Assembly: GCA_963803145.1 (NCBI GenBank)
Contig: CAWDLW010000033.1
Span: 1 to 32,837, forward strand
From: Methanotrichaceae archaeon
Lineage (GTDB): Archaea; Halobacteriota; Methanosarcinia; Methanotrichales; Methanotrichaceae
Direction: 5' to 3'
Length of the DNA: 32,837 nt
The notes beneath the pieces were generated by a model, which made no database searches, was not told the origin of the DNA, and saw only the letters and a list, made by a program, of their open reading frames with translations. The number at the start of each line of letters is the position of its first letter. The first letter of the stretch is position 1. Positions 1-11,293 of this stretch are shown here, one piece after another. Position numbers and translations under genes: made by a program.

Positions 1-886
1 ATTATAAACACTTTTCCAACCTGCAACGCATGCTTTTGCGCTCCGGATTCTATGTTGGCGTGCATAAATTATATTTGAGCATGTATACAAAATGAAAAGG
101 CTAAGGGAATTTTTCTGGATATATGTCAAGCGGGAAAAGAGAACCCGCTCACGTTTAGATACTTAAGCATTAATTATGTATACTAGAAATTAAAGAACAT
201 CGGAAATTTGTTTTAAAATCATAAGTAGAGTTAAGTTCTATCATTGTTCAGTGAAATTTCTTCTAATACCTTAAGCCATCATAAAATTTATCGCCAATTA
301 GGCTGCGGCATAGTTATAGCTAATGATTTCAAGCCTGATAGTACGGTAAATAATATGATCGATCGTGCGATTATCGCGAATGATTTATAAACTTCTGAAT
401 ATGCCAAAATAAAGCAAGTCGTTACAAGGTCATCGTTTAAGGATAAAACACCTCGCTGAAGTGTTTCTTAGCCAATAACTAATGGTGTGACCTGTCATAC
501 ATATATCGCCAGTTATAAATATCACTAATAATAATCATTTATTAGCGAGGGGGTGGTAGCTGGTTAGCTCAGTCTTCTTTCTATTGGATATATTCAGGTC
601 CGATGCCTCCTTCCTGGATATATTCAAATTTGATTTTCAAGAACTCCTGCCATGATAGCCTATTGGCCATGTAGAGATACGTAGTTTGGCCGGAAAATGA
701 TAGCAGCAGAGCATTTTTACAGTAAGGAAATATAGTAATTAGATAAAAGAGGGATGGTCGGATGAAGCTAAATAACTAGAAGGCCACATATCACAGCTCA
801 TGCAGAGCATAAGCCAGTTAGCATCAACGCCAAGTGAGGAAGAGATCAAGAAAAAAGGCATGTGGCGGTTCTGGCGGTGAGGTAAG

Positions 887-1216
887 ATGGATTCATTGTC
901 AATTTTCTTTATTGCTACAGCCATTTTAAGTCTGATCCTCACAGTTTACTCCATCTATTCAGCAAGGAAACAAAAATTATCGCTTGTTTTCGCGATAGGA
1001 GGATTATTGGGCTCTATAATAGGATATGCTGTTAAATATATTCCAGCGATATGGGAAAAGCCGTTTGATAGGCCCACTCCGGCATATGAAAAATTAATAA
1101 TTATTAATCTTTCGTATGGTGAATGGCTGATGGTTTTGATAATCACATTAATATGTTTATCGGTATTGAAGTTATATGAAGAGAAACAGGCAATTAACAG
1201 CTCGAGACTCCAGTGA
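887..1216 (+). CDS. Hypothetical small membrane protein (~3 TM segments)
   Basis: 109-aa ORF with three hydrophobic stretches; GAGGT RBS-like motif just before the ATG. Confidence 0.55.
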   Translation: MDSLSIFFIATAILSLILTVYSIYSARKQKLSLVFAIGGLLGSIIGYAVKYIPAIWEKPFDRPTPAYEKLIIINLSYGEWLMVLIITLICLSVLKLYEEKQAINSSRLQ

Positions 1217-1866
1217 AGGATTGAAAAAGGCGCAAATTTCATAAAGCCAAGAAAATTATTTTATTTAATGCCCTAGGATCGATCTTTAGCCCTTTCCATA
1301 TATAACTATAACTTCCCTATCTTCCAAGGGCTGATCTAAGAAGGGATACTATAGCCATGAAGAGCTGAGAGGCAATAGGAGGGGCGAAGGGAGTAATGAC
1401 TGCGATGAAGGGGAGGTGGGATAGCTTATTCAAAGAATCAAATATCCCTTCGCAATCTATCTATAATAATTATATAGGTAAATAGTTTTGCTTGCATATA
1501 GGTCGCTTGAAGGCTAATGGATTGCAGGTAGGAAGAAGCTAAGGAAATGGGCTGTAATCAAGTGGTGATTAGAGACGGATTATGTGATCACAGCCCAATT
1601 GTTTGGGCTTTGAGAGGTACAATTACAAATAGGAAAGTGTGACTTTATATTTTTTGATAATAAAGGCGTATCGGACGGCATCGTCTAGGATTATCGTTAA
1701 TGGCGCTAGGATCAACGATCTCTCTGCAGGGTGTGTCATAAGAAGTATCCATAGGAGCCGGGCTAAGATGGCTTGAAGCCTAGGACGGACAAAATTAGAA
1801 ACCTGCAAGCCAACTATTGCCGCTATTAGAAGAGGCCACAGCGGAGAGTTAGTAGTAGTTCTGGAA

Positions 1867-2830
1867 ATGATAGGAAATTCATATCTATTCGTAAAGATGA
1901 ATCTAAAAGATAAGCCTGATCAGCCTCTAGCAAAGCTATTGCTTCAATATCGAGAGATCGATAAACAGAGCAGCATGCTGACGAGCTGGCAGGAAAAGGC
2001 TGAGAATGGGAGGCTTTACCCAAAGATATCGCAGCTTGGGGCCGAGTCCGGCAGAATGATAATGAGTGCGCCTGATGCCCAGCAGATTCCAAGGAATCCA
2101 GAGTTGAAGAGCCTATTCATTGCCGCACCTGGGAATAAGCTCATTGAATGCGATTACTCTGCCATAGAGATGAGGATCGCTGCAGCCCTCTCCAGAGAGA
2201 TGAAGTTTTCCTGAGGACCTTTCAGAGAGGGTAAAGATCCCCATAGGGCTACGGCCATGGCTATATTCGCCACTGAGAATGTCAGTGATGAGCAGAGGCA
2301 GATTGCTAAGACTCTCAACTTTGGGTCCTTGTATGGAGGCGGCGCGAATATGGTTAGAAGCAAGCTACCTCATCTATCAGAGAGCGATGCCCAGGAGTTC
2401 CTGCAAAAGTTCTATGCATCCTACCCTGGCTTGAGCAAATGGCAGATGGAGATATCCGATCATGCGCCGCTCAAGATGGAAGGCGGCGAGGTCTACAAGA
2501 TCTCAAGATCAAAGTTGGGTAGAATTCGGTATATCCCTCCGAGCTACAGGACAATAATGCTCAACAATCCAGTCCGATCTACTGGAGCTAATATGCTCAA
2601 GCTCGCTCTAGGTGGGCTATATAAGGAGCTTGTGAAGCCTGGGTATGAGGATTTCAGGGTAGTTGAACCTTGTACATGACTCGATTGTAATGGAGACACC
2701 AGAAACAAGGGTAGAGGAGGCATCTGCATTGCTTCGACAATGTATGGAGCAGGCAGGGAATGAGATATTAGAGGTCATTCCGTGCAAGACTGATACTAAA
2801 GTAAGCTGCCATTGGGGTGAGAAGGAGTGA
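1867..2830 (+). pseudogene. Family A DNA polymerase (PolA-like) polymerase-domain relic
   Basis: Motif A (CDYSAIEMRIAA), motif B (RQIAKTLNFGSLYGGG) and, after a frameshift near 2660, motif C (LVHDSIVME) running to TGA at 2828-2830; in-frame TGA at 2212-2214; N-terminal domains absent. Confidence 0.85.
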
Positions 2831-3175
2831 GATTCTATCATTCTTTCTTTTTCTCAATATCCTTTCTCTAGTGTGCTAACCAATTTCCCCACAATTGTCC
2901 CAGTATTGGGGTAGTTGCTAATCAGCATTGGTAGACCTCGCAGCTTATCGATTTCCCCAAGTTTCCCAGTTTCCCCAGGTAAGCAAATCATATTTTTGCA
3001 TAATATATAAGGCGCCTTGCAATATAGTTTGCTCAACTAATGTGCTATAAATTATTCATTTTATTAGATTATCAGAAATGTTATGAGCAAGCAGCTGTTT
3101 GATCAACATTTATAAAAACATAAGTATTGGCAAAATTTATGAACTAGAAGCGGTATTATCAAAACCAGAGGGATC

Positions 3176-5350
3176 TTGGCCATGGCAAAATTCACAAAAA
3201 TAGAAAGGGATCTCATAAATCAAATTAGCGATAACAACGATCGTTTAAAAAGTAACTTAGCAAAGATCCGCGAAGCTATGGAAGATCTATGGCCAAATGA
3301 TCCGGTGAGAATCATTCAATATTATACAGATCATGGTGTCAAACATAGCGAACGATTAGTAGGGTATGCCGCTGAGCTTCTTAAGGCAAACAGCAAGGAA
3401 CCTCTTTCAGATGAAGAAATGTATTTGCTTTTAGCAAGTATCTATTTACATGATATTGGAATGCAATGCGATGTAGTTAATTTTCCAGAAATAGAACGAA
3501 ATGCAGAAGATAAATTCGGCGCAAAATTTAATATTGAATTTAAATTAACAGATGGTAATTACGGTATCGAGATGCAAAAAGCTATTCGTAGAAACCATCA
3601 ATACCTTACAGCAGCATGGATTGATTATGCAAATCGTACTGGTAAAACCGCTCTTGGACCGTGCGCAAAGGATATTGATCCAGGCCTTGTAGATGACTTA
3701 ATTGATATCTGTAAATATCATTCCAAATTGCCAATCAATGAATGCCCAGCTAAACTGAATTATAATTCAAAAGGTCGCAAACAACTAGTAGCAGCGCTCT
3801 TGCGATTTGCTGATGAATTAGATATCGATCAACATCGCATATCAATAGCCACTACGAAAAATTTTTCGTTAGATCCAGATAATAGTGTTTATTGGTGGTT
3901 ACATAATCGCACTACAATTGGCTTTATTACGTCTAATATAATTCTCATATCCATTCAACTTCATCCAAACGATGTTAAAAAATATGGCCACCTCATTGAA
4001 GAAATATTTATCAATAATTTTTCGAATAAAAATAGACTTGTACTAGATGTACTTGGGGAAAACGGTATTCTCATAAGGATTAGCAGTGAATCCACTGTAA
4101 AAGGAAATGATCGCTATGATTTATTGCCCCAGGATATTGTTGATGCGATAAAGAAGATGAAAACACAAAAAGAAACACATAGAGTATCCCTGCCTGTTAA
4201 TATATGCAAACCAATGATAGAAGAATATGTAACTGAATCACAAAGATCAAAGGATCAAATCGGATCAGGGAACATTCGGTTAACGAGAATTCCTTTGAAG
4301 CCACAACCTTATTTTGCACACTTTTTCTACCTTCACGCAAATTTCACCGGTAGAATTGAAGAACGCAAAATGCTAATCGATTGGTTTAATAGCGATAGGA
4401 ATCCAATACTCATTTTTGTAGCCATTGGTGGAATGGGCAAGTCTTCTCTCGCATGGTATTGGTTGAAGAACGACATAGATTCTTCATCGCTTGAAGGCAT
4501 TTTCTGGTGGTCGTTTTACGAAGGTGAAGCGTCTTTTACTAAGTTCTTGGATGACGCAATTTTATACTCAAGCAGCATGGAAATAAATCCAGCAGATACT
4601 AGATCCAACTATGAGAAATCACGAATATTACTATCATTACTCCAACGGCATAGGTTCCTTTTTATATTAGACGGGTTCGAGAGACAACTTGGAGCATATT
4701 ATGATCTAAAAGAAGAATCCTCCTACGATGAGGATTTAAATGATGACGTGGCACAGGCAAGATCGTGTGTTGACCCCTATTTTGGCCGCTTTTTATGCGA
4801 TCTAATTTCTAGTGAATCAAAAACCAAGATATTCATAACATCACGCATGAAAATACGTGACCTAGAAGATGATACTGGAAATCCATTTGATGGTTGTCGT
4901 GTAGAAGAGCTCAAACAGTTCAATCCTGATGATGCATTTTTGTTTATGGAAGCGCAGGGTGTAACAAAAGGAACACGCAAGGAGATACTTGATGCGTGTG
5001 ATGTCTATAGATATCATCCGCTTAGTCTTCGTTTGCTGTCAGGCTTGATTGTGCGTGATCTTCAAAATCCTGGTGATATAGCTATCGCCCCTCGATACGA
5101 TATACATACAGATTTGAAGGCTAGACGACACCATATTCTTGAAGCGGCTTTTAATTCATTACCTGAGAAGTTACAGAAGTTGCTATCTGAAGCATCTGCG
5201 TTTCGTAGCACCATAGCATATGATGCTTTATCTACATTCGATGATTTTGATAGTGATTTGAAGTTTGAGGAAGCACTTAAAGATCTAATTGACTGGGGAG
5301 GATTCCTATTTACTTGTATCCTAAGGGCGGTTTTTTTAAATCGACTCTAG
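3176..5350 (+). CDS. N-terminal fragment of an HD-domain (HD-CE-like) + STAND/NB-ARC NTPase + TPR protein, interrupted by IS5 at 5297
   Basis: HD motifs YTDHGVKHSERL, LASIYLHDIGM, ICKYH, LLRFADELD; Walker A AIGGMGKS, Walker B FLFILDGFE, YHPLSL (GxP-like). The last ~17 codons are read from IS sequence. Probable ATG at 3182. Confidence 0.85.
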   Translation: MAMAKFTKIERDLINQISDNNDRLKSNLAKIREAMEDLWPNDPVRIIQYYTDHGVKHSERLVGYAAELLKANSKEPLSDEEMYLLLASIYLHDIGMQCDVVNFPEIERNAEDKFGAKFNIEFKLTDGNYGIEMQKAIRRNHQYLTAAWIDYANRTGKTALGPCAKDIDPGLVDDLIDICKYHSKLPINECPAKLNYNSKGRKQLVAALLRFADELDIDQHRISIATTKNFSLDPDNSVYWWLHNRTTIGFITSNIILISIQLHPNDVKKYGHLIEEIFINNFSNKNRLVLDVLGENGILIRISSESTVKGNDRYDLLPQDIVDAIKKMKTQKETHRVSLPVNICKPMIEEYVTESQRSKDQIGSGNIRLTRIPLKPQPYFAHFFYLHANFTGRIEERKMLIDWFNSDRNPILIFVAIGGMGKSSLAWYWLKNDIDSSSLEGIFWWSFYEGEASFTKFLDDAILYSSSMEINPADTRSNYEKSRILLSLLQRHRFLFILDGFERQLGAYYDLKEESSYDEDLNDDVAQARSCVDPYFGRFLCDLISSESKTKIFITSRMKIRDLEDDTGNPFDGCRVEELKQFNPDDAFLFMEAQGVTKGTRKEILDACDVYRYHPLSLRLLSGLIVRDLQNPGDIAIAPRYDIHTDLKARRHHILEAAFNSLPEKLQKLLSEASAFRSTIAYDALSTFDDFDSDLKFEEALKDLIDWGGFLFTCILRAVFLNRL

Positions 5351-6435
5351 ATTTGCCTTACGATGTTCGCTATTCTTGGTCTAACCTGTTTTTTTTCAGT
5401 TAATTCTCGATAGCATCCGCTATCCCTAAATGACATTTGCCTTTTTAAGAGTACAAAGCTGATACAAGTTAAAAGCGAAAGCGGTAACTATCATTTTCAC
5501 ATGCACTCTTCTGACTGATGTAACAAGCACTCTTCCAGCCTCGAAAACCCTCTTGATTACAGCATGGGGCCTTTCGCCAGGCGATCTGAGGATACTGATC
5601 AACTGATTGCGTTCTTTATCAAGATCAGAAAGAGGTTTATCAGTAGTCCTGCGCTTCATTGTAAAATCAATACCTTTGGCCTTCACACCGAAATATCCTC
5701 TATCTCTGAAAACTGGCACGCCAGGGATAGAGAGATCAACCTGACTGTCATGCAGTGATGCAGTCGAGGTCTCTATATCACGTATTAGGCTGTAATCGAT
5801 ATCAGTTATTTGATGTAACTTATATCCGAAGTGAGTTTCATTGCCTTTCTTAGCCCATGTGCCATCCTTGCTGCGACGTGTCTTAGCCTCATCGCCACGT
5901 GGTTTCTTTGACTCCGATGATCCTGGATCTGCTTCTATAAAGGTAGCATCCTGAACAATTCCGCGTCTGATCTTCAATCCTTTTGCATCCAACTGTCTTT
6001 GAAGTTCAGCCCAAACAAGCCTATCTGTTCCTGTCTCCGCCATTCGTTCTTTGAATGACCATATAGTTCTGGAATCAGGGAACTGATCAGGAAAACCAAG
6101 AAATGCCATAAATGATATGCGATCAGCCATTTGCCGTTCAACAGCCAGATCGCTCAGGCCATACCACTGCTGGAGAATCAGGATCCTGAACATTAGAATA
6201 ACATCACAGTTGGGCCTTCCGCCCTTCTCGGTCTTATTAGTATACATCCCTTCCAGAAGAGGACGAAAGGGAACCCAATTGATCAATCCAGATACTTGAG
6301 CTAATTTAGACTCCTCTTGCTTTGCATTTAGACCTTTCAATACCCAAGTAGTAAAAGAATCCATAACAATAAATACTATTTGCTGTATTTAACACTTTCG
6401 ATGCTAAAGCAGGGGGTAGGTTTATAGGAATCCTC
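5298..6435 (-). mobile_element. IS5-family insertion sequence
   Basis: Terminal inverted repeats GAGGATTCCTATTTAC / GAGGATTCCTATAAAC (14/16 match); 4-bp target duplication TGGG at 5294-5297 and 6436-6439; single transposase ORF. Confidence 0.93.
5426..6364 (-). CDS. IS5-family DDE transposase
   Basis: GGRP..LMFRILILQQWYGLSD, DRISFMAFLG, PDSRTIW, IVQDATFI, HFGYKLH, DRGY motifs. Confidence 0.93.
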   Translation of the reverse strand: MDSFTTWVLKGLNAKQEESKLAQVSGLINWVPFRPLLEGMYTNKTEKGGRPNCDVILMFRILILQQWYGLSDLAVERQMADRISFMAFLGFPDQFPDSRTIWSFKERMAETGTDRLVWAELQRQLDAKGLKIRRGIVQDATFIEADPGSSESKKPRGDEAKTRRSKDGTWAKKGNETHFGYKLHQITDIDYSLIRDIETSTASLHDSQVDLSIPGVPVFRDRGYFGVKAKGIDFTMKRRTTDKPLSDLDKERNQLISILRSPGERPHAVIKRVFEAGRVLVTSVRRVHVKMIVTAFAFNLYQLCTLKKANVI

Positions 6436-6525
6436 TGGGGACTACTTTTATTTAATAAAGATAATAAACATTTTGATCTGCATCCAATCGTTCGTAGGTA
6501 CGCCTATGATAGGCTTGTTGATAAG

Positions 6526-7803
6526 ATGGATACACATGTTCGATTACAAGAATATTTTATACCTCGTCTTCCTTGGCTAGAGAAAATAGATAATCTAGAT
6601 GATATCACCCCTATCGTTGAATTATATTATCACACAGCCAAAGCCGGACAATATGAGGATGCAATAAAATTATATAAAAACCAACTTAATCAAAAACTCC
6701 GTATTTGGTTTGGCGCTTTTCAGATAATTGTAGAACTCTTACAGTTGCTATTCCCCAGAGGATTGAATGAGATTCCATGTTTGCAAAAGGAAAACGATCA
6801 AGCATATGTACTTGATGAATTGGGACAGGCCTATATTAGATTAGGGCAAACACGTCTAGCATCGCATGCTTATAATCAAGCAGTTAAAATTGCAGAGATG
6901 TATTGCAATAAAGAAGATCTTGGCTCCTATAAATGTGATCTTGCAGTCCTTCTTATGGCTATTGGAAAACTTAAAGATGCTGAAAAGTATCTAAAACATC
7001 CAATAAGGGGGTCTCAAAAAAATTTGGATCAACTCAATGTGTCACTTAATTATGCTCGTTTGCTAAAATTTAAAGGATCGTTCGCCGAATCCAGTTTTAT
7101 ATTTAATGAAATAACCAAAAACGTAAATAAATCTGATAAACCAGAACATGCTCTTTGTATTATATTCAAAGATAAGGCTGACTTATTTATGAAGATGAAT
7201 AGGCCTTCCGAAGCTTACGAAGCTGCGGCTAAATCGCTGCTTCTTTGTAATAAGATTTCTGAAAAGAGAGGACCATATGAAAACGATCGTATTAATTCGG
7301 AATGGATGATAGGGCAGTCATTGATATATAAATCATTAAATAGCCCCGATAAAAGAGATGAACTTCTGCTTGAAGCAGAGTTACATTTGAAAGAAGCAAT
7401 TATTCGATGTCATAACATAAATTTGGTAGCTACGGAGCCAAATATTTTATTAGCGATAGCACTATGGCATTATGTAAAAGGGGAGATAAATCTAGCAAAG
7501 GATCTATCAAATGAAGCGCTTTATATAGCTAATAGATGCGAGTCCCGTTTGGATCAAGCGGAAATACATAACTTCCTTGCTCAGGTTTATCTTGATCAAG
7601 ATGATAAGGCAAAAGCAGTTCAACATGCGCAAATTGCCTTTGAATGTGCTTGGTGTGATGGTCCACCCTATTGCTATAAGCTTGAGCTTAATGCTGCAAA
7701 AGAACTCCTAGGAAAACTTGGGGTAAAGGAACCAGAACCTTCCATACCATTTAACCACTGGAGTGCAGACTTAACCACCAATTCAAAAGTAAAGGATATC
7801 TAA
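6526..7803 (+). CDS. C-terminal winged-helix/TPR fragment of the IS5-interrupted STAND protein (frame open from 6440)
   Basis: Removing the IS and one target duplication gives in-frame ...LIDWGLLLFNKDNKHFDLHPIVRRYAYDRL...; helical TPR-like repeats follow. Confidence 0.82.
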   Translation: MDTHVRLQEYFIPRLPWLEKIDNLDDITPIVELYYHTAKAGQYEDAIKLYKNQLNQKLRIWFGAFQIIVELLQLLFPRGLNEIPCLQKENDQAYVLDELGQAYIRLGQTRLASHAYNQAVKIAEMYCNKEDLGSYKCDLAVLLMAIGKLKDAEKYLKHPIRGSQKNLDQLNVSLNYARLLKFKGSFAESSFIFNEITKNVNKSDKPEHALCIIFKDKADLFMKMNRPSEAYEAAAKSLLLCNKISEKRGPYENDRINSEWMIGQSLIYKSLNSPDKRDELLLEAELHLKEAIIRCHNINLVATEPNILLAIALWHYVKGEINLAKDLSNEALYIANRCESRLDQAEIHNFLAQVYLDQDDKAKAVQHAQIAFECAWCDGPPYCYKLELNAAKELLGKLGVKEPEPSIPFNHWSADLTTNSKVKDI

Positions 7804-8140
7804 TGATGATAATGTTATTATTATTGAGTAGAATCTTCGAAATTGCTACAATTTCACGAAAGAATTAACAATTCGTGAATGCACCACAGGGATTGTTAAT
7901 CCCATAGCTCCTTTACCTGCAAGCTTGGGGAATCAGGGTAGCTAGGATCTCTTATCGATTAATGCTATCGGAAAGCAATTACCTCTTGGATTGAGGATTA
8001 GTGGATAGTTGGGGTTAACTGATGCCAGACGCTTTCCATTTTGTTACATACTCAGAGGATCTCTCTAATCAAAAGTTCTTGTGATCGATGATTAAGTTAG
8101 GACCGCTATGCATCGATACTTCCGGAACTATCGAAATACT

Positions 8141-8568
8141 TCAGCAACCATTGCCATCTTCGCTGATCTTCACTTTAGTTTCCTTAAGGAAATGGCGCAT
8201 ATCCCCAAAAAGAAAAAGTAGCTTCATTAGGGAGCAAATTAAGGTAGGTATATTACCAGATGCTCCAGGTAAAACAACTAATCTAGGATTTAAACGTTGA
8301 GGAAATCGGCGGTCATCAAGAAAGTGATCATCATGTGTAAGCAGTATGCAATCCTCACGATGGGCATGAGAATAAATATCCTCGTCAGGATGGCCAGCCA
8401 ATCCAATCTCCGATACATCTTTTATATCCTACTTCTTTGTACGTAGGAATTCTGTTCCTCCTATTCCGACGTTTTCATCTACAAGGAATCGAGCCTTGCC
8501 TTTAAATTCGGTCAATGTAAGAGTAGTTTCTTCTTAGAAGGCTCATCAAGCCAACCGAAGCTCGACAT
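8141..8568 (-). pseudogene. DUF5615/Mut7-C-like PIN-domain nuclease (toxin) pseudogene
   Basis: RFLVDENV...GLAGHPDEDI...ILLTHDDHF motifs; in-frame TAG at 8429-8431 and a frameshift between ATG 8568 and the DEN motif. Confidence 0.75.
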
Positions 8569-9130
8569 TACGAGCCTTTCCACCCCAGAAATAATACTCT
8601 CTGGTAGAGTTTTCCAGCCCAGCGTTAACCGTGCTGTAACGCCAGTTTAGTGTCCTGTGACATTGAGGACTGGCTTTAATCCTCCCCGTTTAAACCGTCC
8701 GTCGACGTATAGGAAGTGTGGTGAGGACTTCGCTCCCGACCCCTGGTAGCCCACGCCTATTATAACCCGACATGTAGGGTAGAGATAGATCCAGGTAACC
8801 TATCAAGCAATAAAGATACAACTATAGTATATAAAACTTTTGTTATTTTTAATCGAAAGAGATACATCACTCTCACGCCATAATAGAGAGCCAATCTGAA
8901 TTCTAAGCAGTGGCAATGGTAGAAACAATAGTTGGAACCTTTTTGTGGCGGGCTTCATTGCTACTTTTGCCAAGAAATATATGAGATAACCTTAAGGTAA
9001 TAAAGACCGTGAGTATGCAAATCCAGCGATGAACAACTTAGCAATTGATAATAGCTACCATCTAAATCATCTGAGTTGAAACCGTTTAAGATGCAAGAAC
9101 TTTATATACATAAATGGGAATTTTTGGAAT

Positions 9131-10096
9131 ATGGGATCGTCAATAGCAGACATCATTTCCTTGATACTCGTTATTGCAGCAATAGTTACCATTGCAGCTA
9201 ACTTTCCCAACGCACTTCGTACTATAATTACCCTTCATAGCGTTTCTTCAGTTATAATCTCGTCTTATTTGAAGAATAAGGGTAATAGATTAAGATATAA
9301 GAAAAAATATAGTGAAGCTATCAAATGCTATGATAAGGCTATAGGCCATTTGAAACAATTTCCTGCGCCAGATTTAAAATCGGAGATATTAAATGAAAAG
9401 GGATTGGCTTTCTATTATATGGGTAATTACGACGATGCCCTAATGATATATAACAAGGTAATCGAGCTTAATCCAAAGTTTGCATATTCTTGGAACAACA
9501 AGGGTTTAATTTTCCATAAGCAAGGCAATTACGATGAGGCTATAAAAGCATACGACAAAGCCATTGAGCTTAATCCTAAATTCGCAAACCCTTGGGTTGG
9601 TAAAGGCAATATTTTTGATGAGCAAGGCAAGTATGATGAGGCTATAAAAGCATATGATAAAGCCATTGAGCTTGATCCAAAGTTTGCTATTTCTTGGAAC
9701 AATAAAGGGATGCTTCTTCATAAACAGGGAATGTATGACGAGGCACTTAGTGCATATGATAAGGCAATCGAGTTTGATCCGAAGTATGCAAGTCCCTGGA
9801 ATGCAAAAGGTGTTATTTTCTATCGGTGGGGAAAGTATGGCGAGGCACTCAAAGCATATGGCATGGCAATCAAGCTTGATCGGGAGTTTGTTCAATCATG
9901 GAACAACAAAGGAGATATTTTGTACGTGCAGGGTAGGTATAACGAGGCTATCAAGGCGTATGATAGAGCAATCGAGCTTGATTCGAAGTTTGCAAATCCT
10001 TGGAATGGTAAAGGCAATGCACTCAAGGCGCTAGAACGAATTATTGAAGCAGATGCAGCCTTCGCCAAGGCTAGGGAGTTGGGATATAAAATCTGA
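9131..10096 (+). CDS. TPR-repeat protein with N-terminal membrane anchor
   Basis: About 7 canonical 34-aa repeats (WNNKG...YDEAIKAYDKAIELDPK); hydrophobic N-terminus. Confidence 0.92.
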   Translation: MGSSIADIISLILVIAAIVTIAANFPNALRTIITLHSVSSVIISSYLKNKGNRLRYKKKYSEAIKCYDKAIGHLKQFPAPDLKSEILNEKGLAFYYMGNYDDALMIYNKVIELNPKFAYSWNNKGLIFHKQGNYDEAIKAYDKAIELNPKFANPWVGKGNIFDEQGKYDEAIKAYDKAIELDPKFAISWNNKGMLLHKQGMYDEALSAYDKAIEFDPKYASPWNAKGVIFYRWGKYGEALKAYGMAIKLDREFVQSWNNKGDILYVQGRYNEAIKAYDRAIELDSKFANPWNGKGNALKALERIIEADAAFAKARELGYKI

Positions 10097-10450
10097 TCCT
10101 ATCTCTATTTGGGGAAATTAGAGGAATTGATATTTGCCAAAGCCACACGCTACTGATTATCAATTCACCAAGCATAAGGCAATCGTAGGGCAATTGCCCT
10201 TCGATAGCTGCAGACCTCGAAGCCCAATGAGTGCCCCAATTTCCCCACTTTACGAGGGCCGTTGTCTTGTGAGTATTGGAGCTGGGATATTGTGGCCTTG
10301 GGTACTATAGCGTTGGATCTTGCAGCTTTCAGAATCTTGGGAAAATTGGGAAACTTGATACTGCACATGGTCACATGTTACTGATTATCAATTACCCCAG
10401 GGGTAGGTAAGTTGTGGGGCAGTTGAGGTAGTTGGCTAACCAAAAAAATA

Positions 10451-11196
10451 TCAAAGCGCCAAACACTGCTCATACATCTCTCGTTTTGTTTTATCTGATA
10501 CATGCGCATATCGCAAAGTAGTTCGGATATCGCTATGCCTAAGTATATCCTTAACTATGCGAATATCGCAGCCATTAGCGATCAGGATCGTTGCGGGAGT
10601 ATGTCTAGCGAAAACATGGAGCCCTCCAGGCTTTTCAATTTGTGCCAGATTTTTATATTTCATAAACATTCCGTATAGCTGCAATCTATCTCATCTATTT
10701 CCATAATCCGTATAGAAAAGTGGTTGTCTGCCATTTATTTCAAATAATGGCCGAACCTCTAAATACTGTCTGAGTACGCGAATACACTCATCTTTTAAAC
10801 AGACAATCCCATCTTTTCCGCATTTCCCTTCGCGGACCCTTAAAGTACGCGCATTTAGATCCAAATCTGAATCATCAAGGTTACAGAGTTCACTTGCCCT
10901 TAAACACCCATAAAATAGCGTCATTAGCATAGCATAATGCTTTAGATTATTGCATACGCTGAAAATTTTAATAATATCCTGTTCATCGAAATAATATGGT
11001 ATAGTTTGGTTAAGGGGTTGAAAAGGGAAATTAAATTCCTCGCCAAACATCTTAAAATAATTCTTAAGAGCGATTCCACTGTAGATTCTCTGAATCCTTG
11101 GTCATTCAAGTATTGCCTAAACCTTATCAGATTAGGCATAAAATCCTCGTCCTTGGTGGGCAACTCCCAATTTAGTTTAAGCCTATTTTTAGCCAT
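10451..11196 (-). pseudogene. Tyrosine integrase/recombinase pseudogene, paralogue of 25360-26238
   Basis: LFYGCLRASEL, HVFARH, ILRHSDIRTTLRY catalytic motifs; frameshifting deletion of ~43 codons near 11070 relative to the intact paralogue; W>TGA nonsense at 10691-10693. Confidence 0.9.
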
Positions 11197-11293
11197 TTTA
11201 ACTTCCTAAAGAGGGAGACATTGGCACAAACCTGTCTGCCATAATTTTGAGGTTCACAGGTTTATAGCTAAAATCAGCATCAGAAAGCGGAAA

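Noticed and set aside
1-65. Possible 5' end of a minus-strand gene (MHANIESGAQKHALQVGKVFI) running off the window
   Set aside because: Too short to support any call
8429-8431. In-frame TAG in the PIN gene as pyrrolysine read-through
   Set aside because: The gene also has a frameshift, neighbours carry similar nonsense lesions, and no pyl genes are visible in the window
9506-10034. Alternative-frame and antisense ORFs within the TPR gene (likewise within ardC, the primase, pheS/pheT and the adhesin)
   Set aside because: Shadow ORFs fully overlapping well-supported genes
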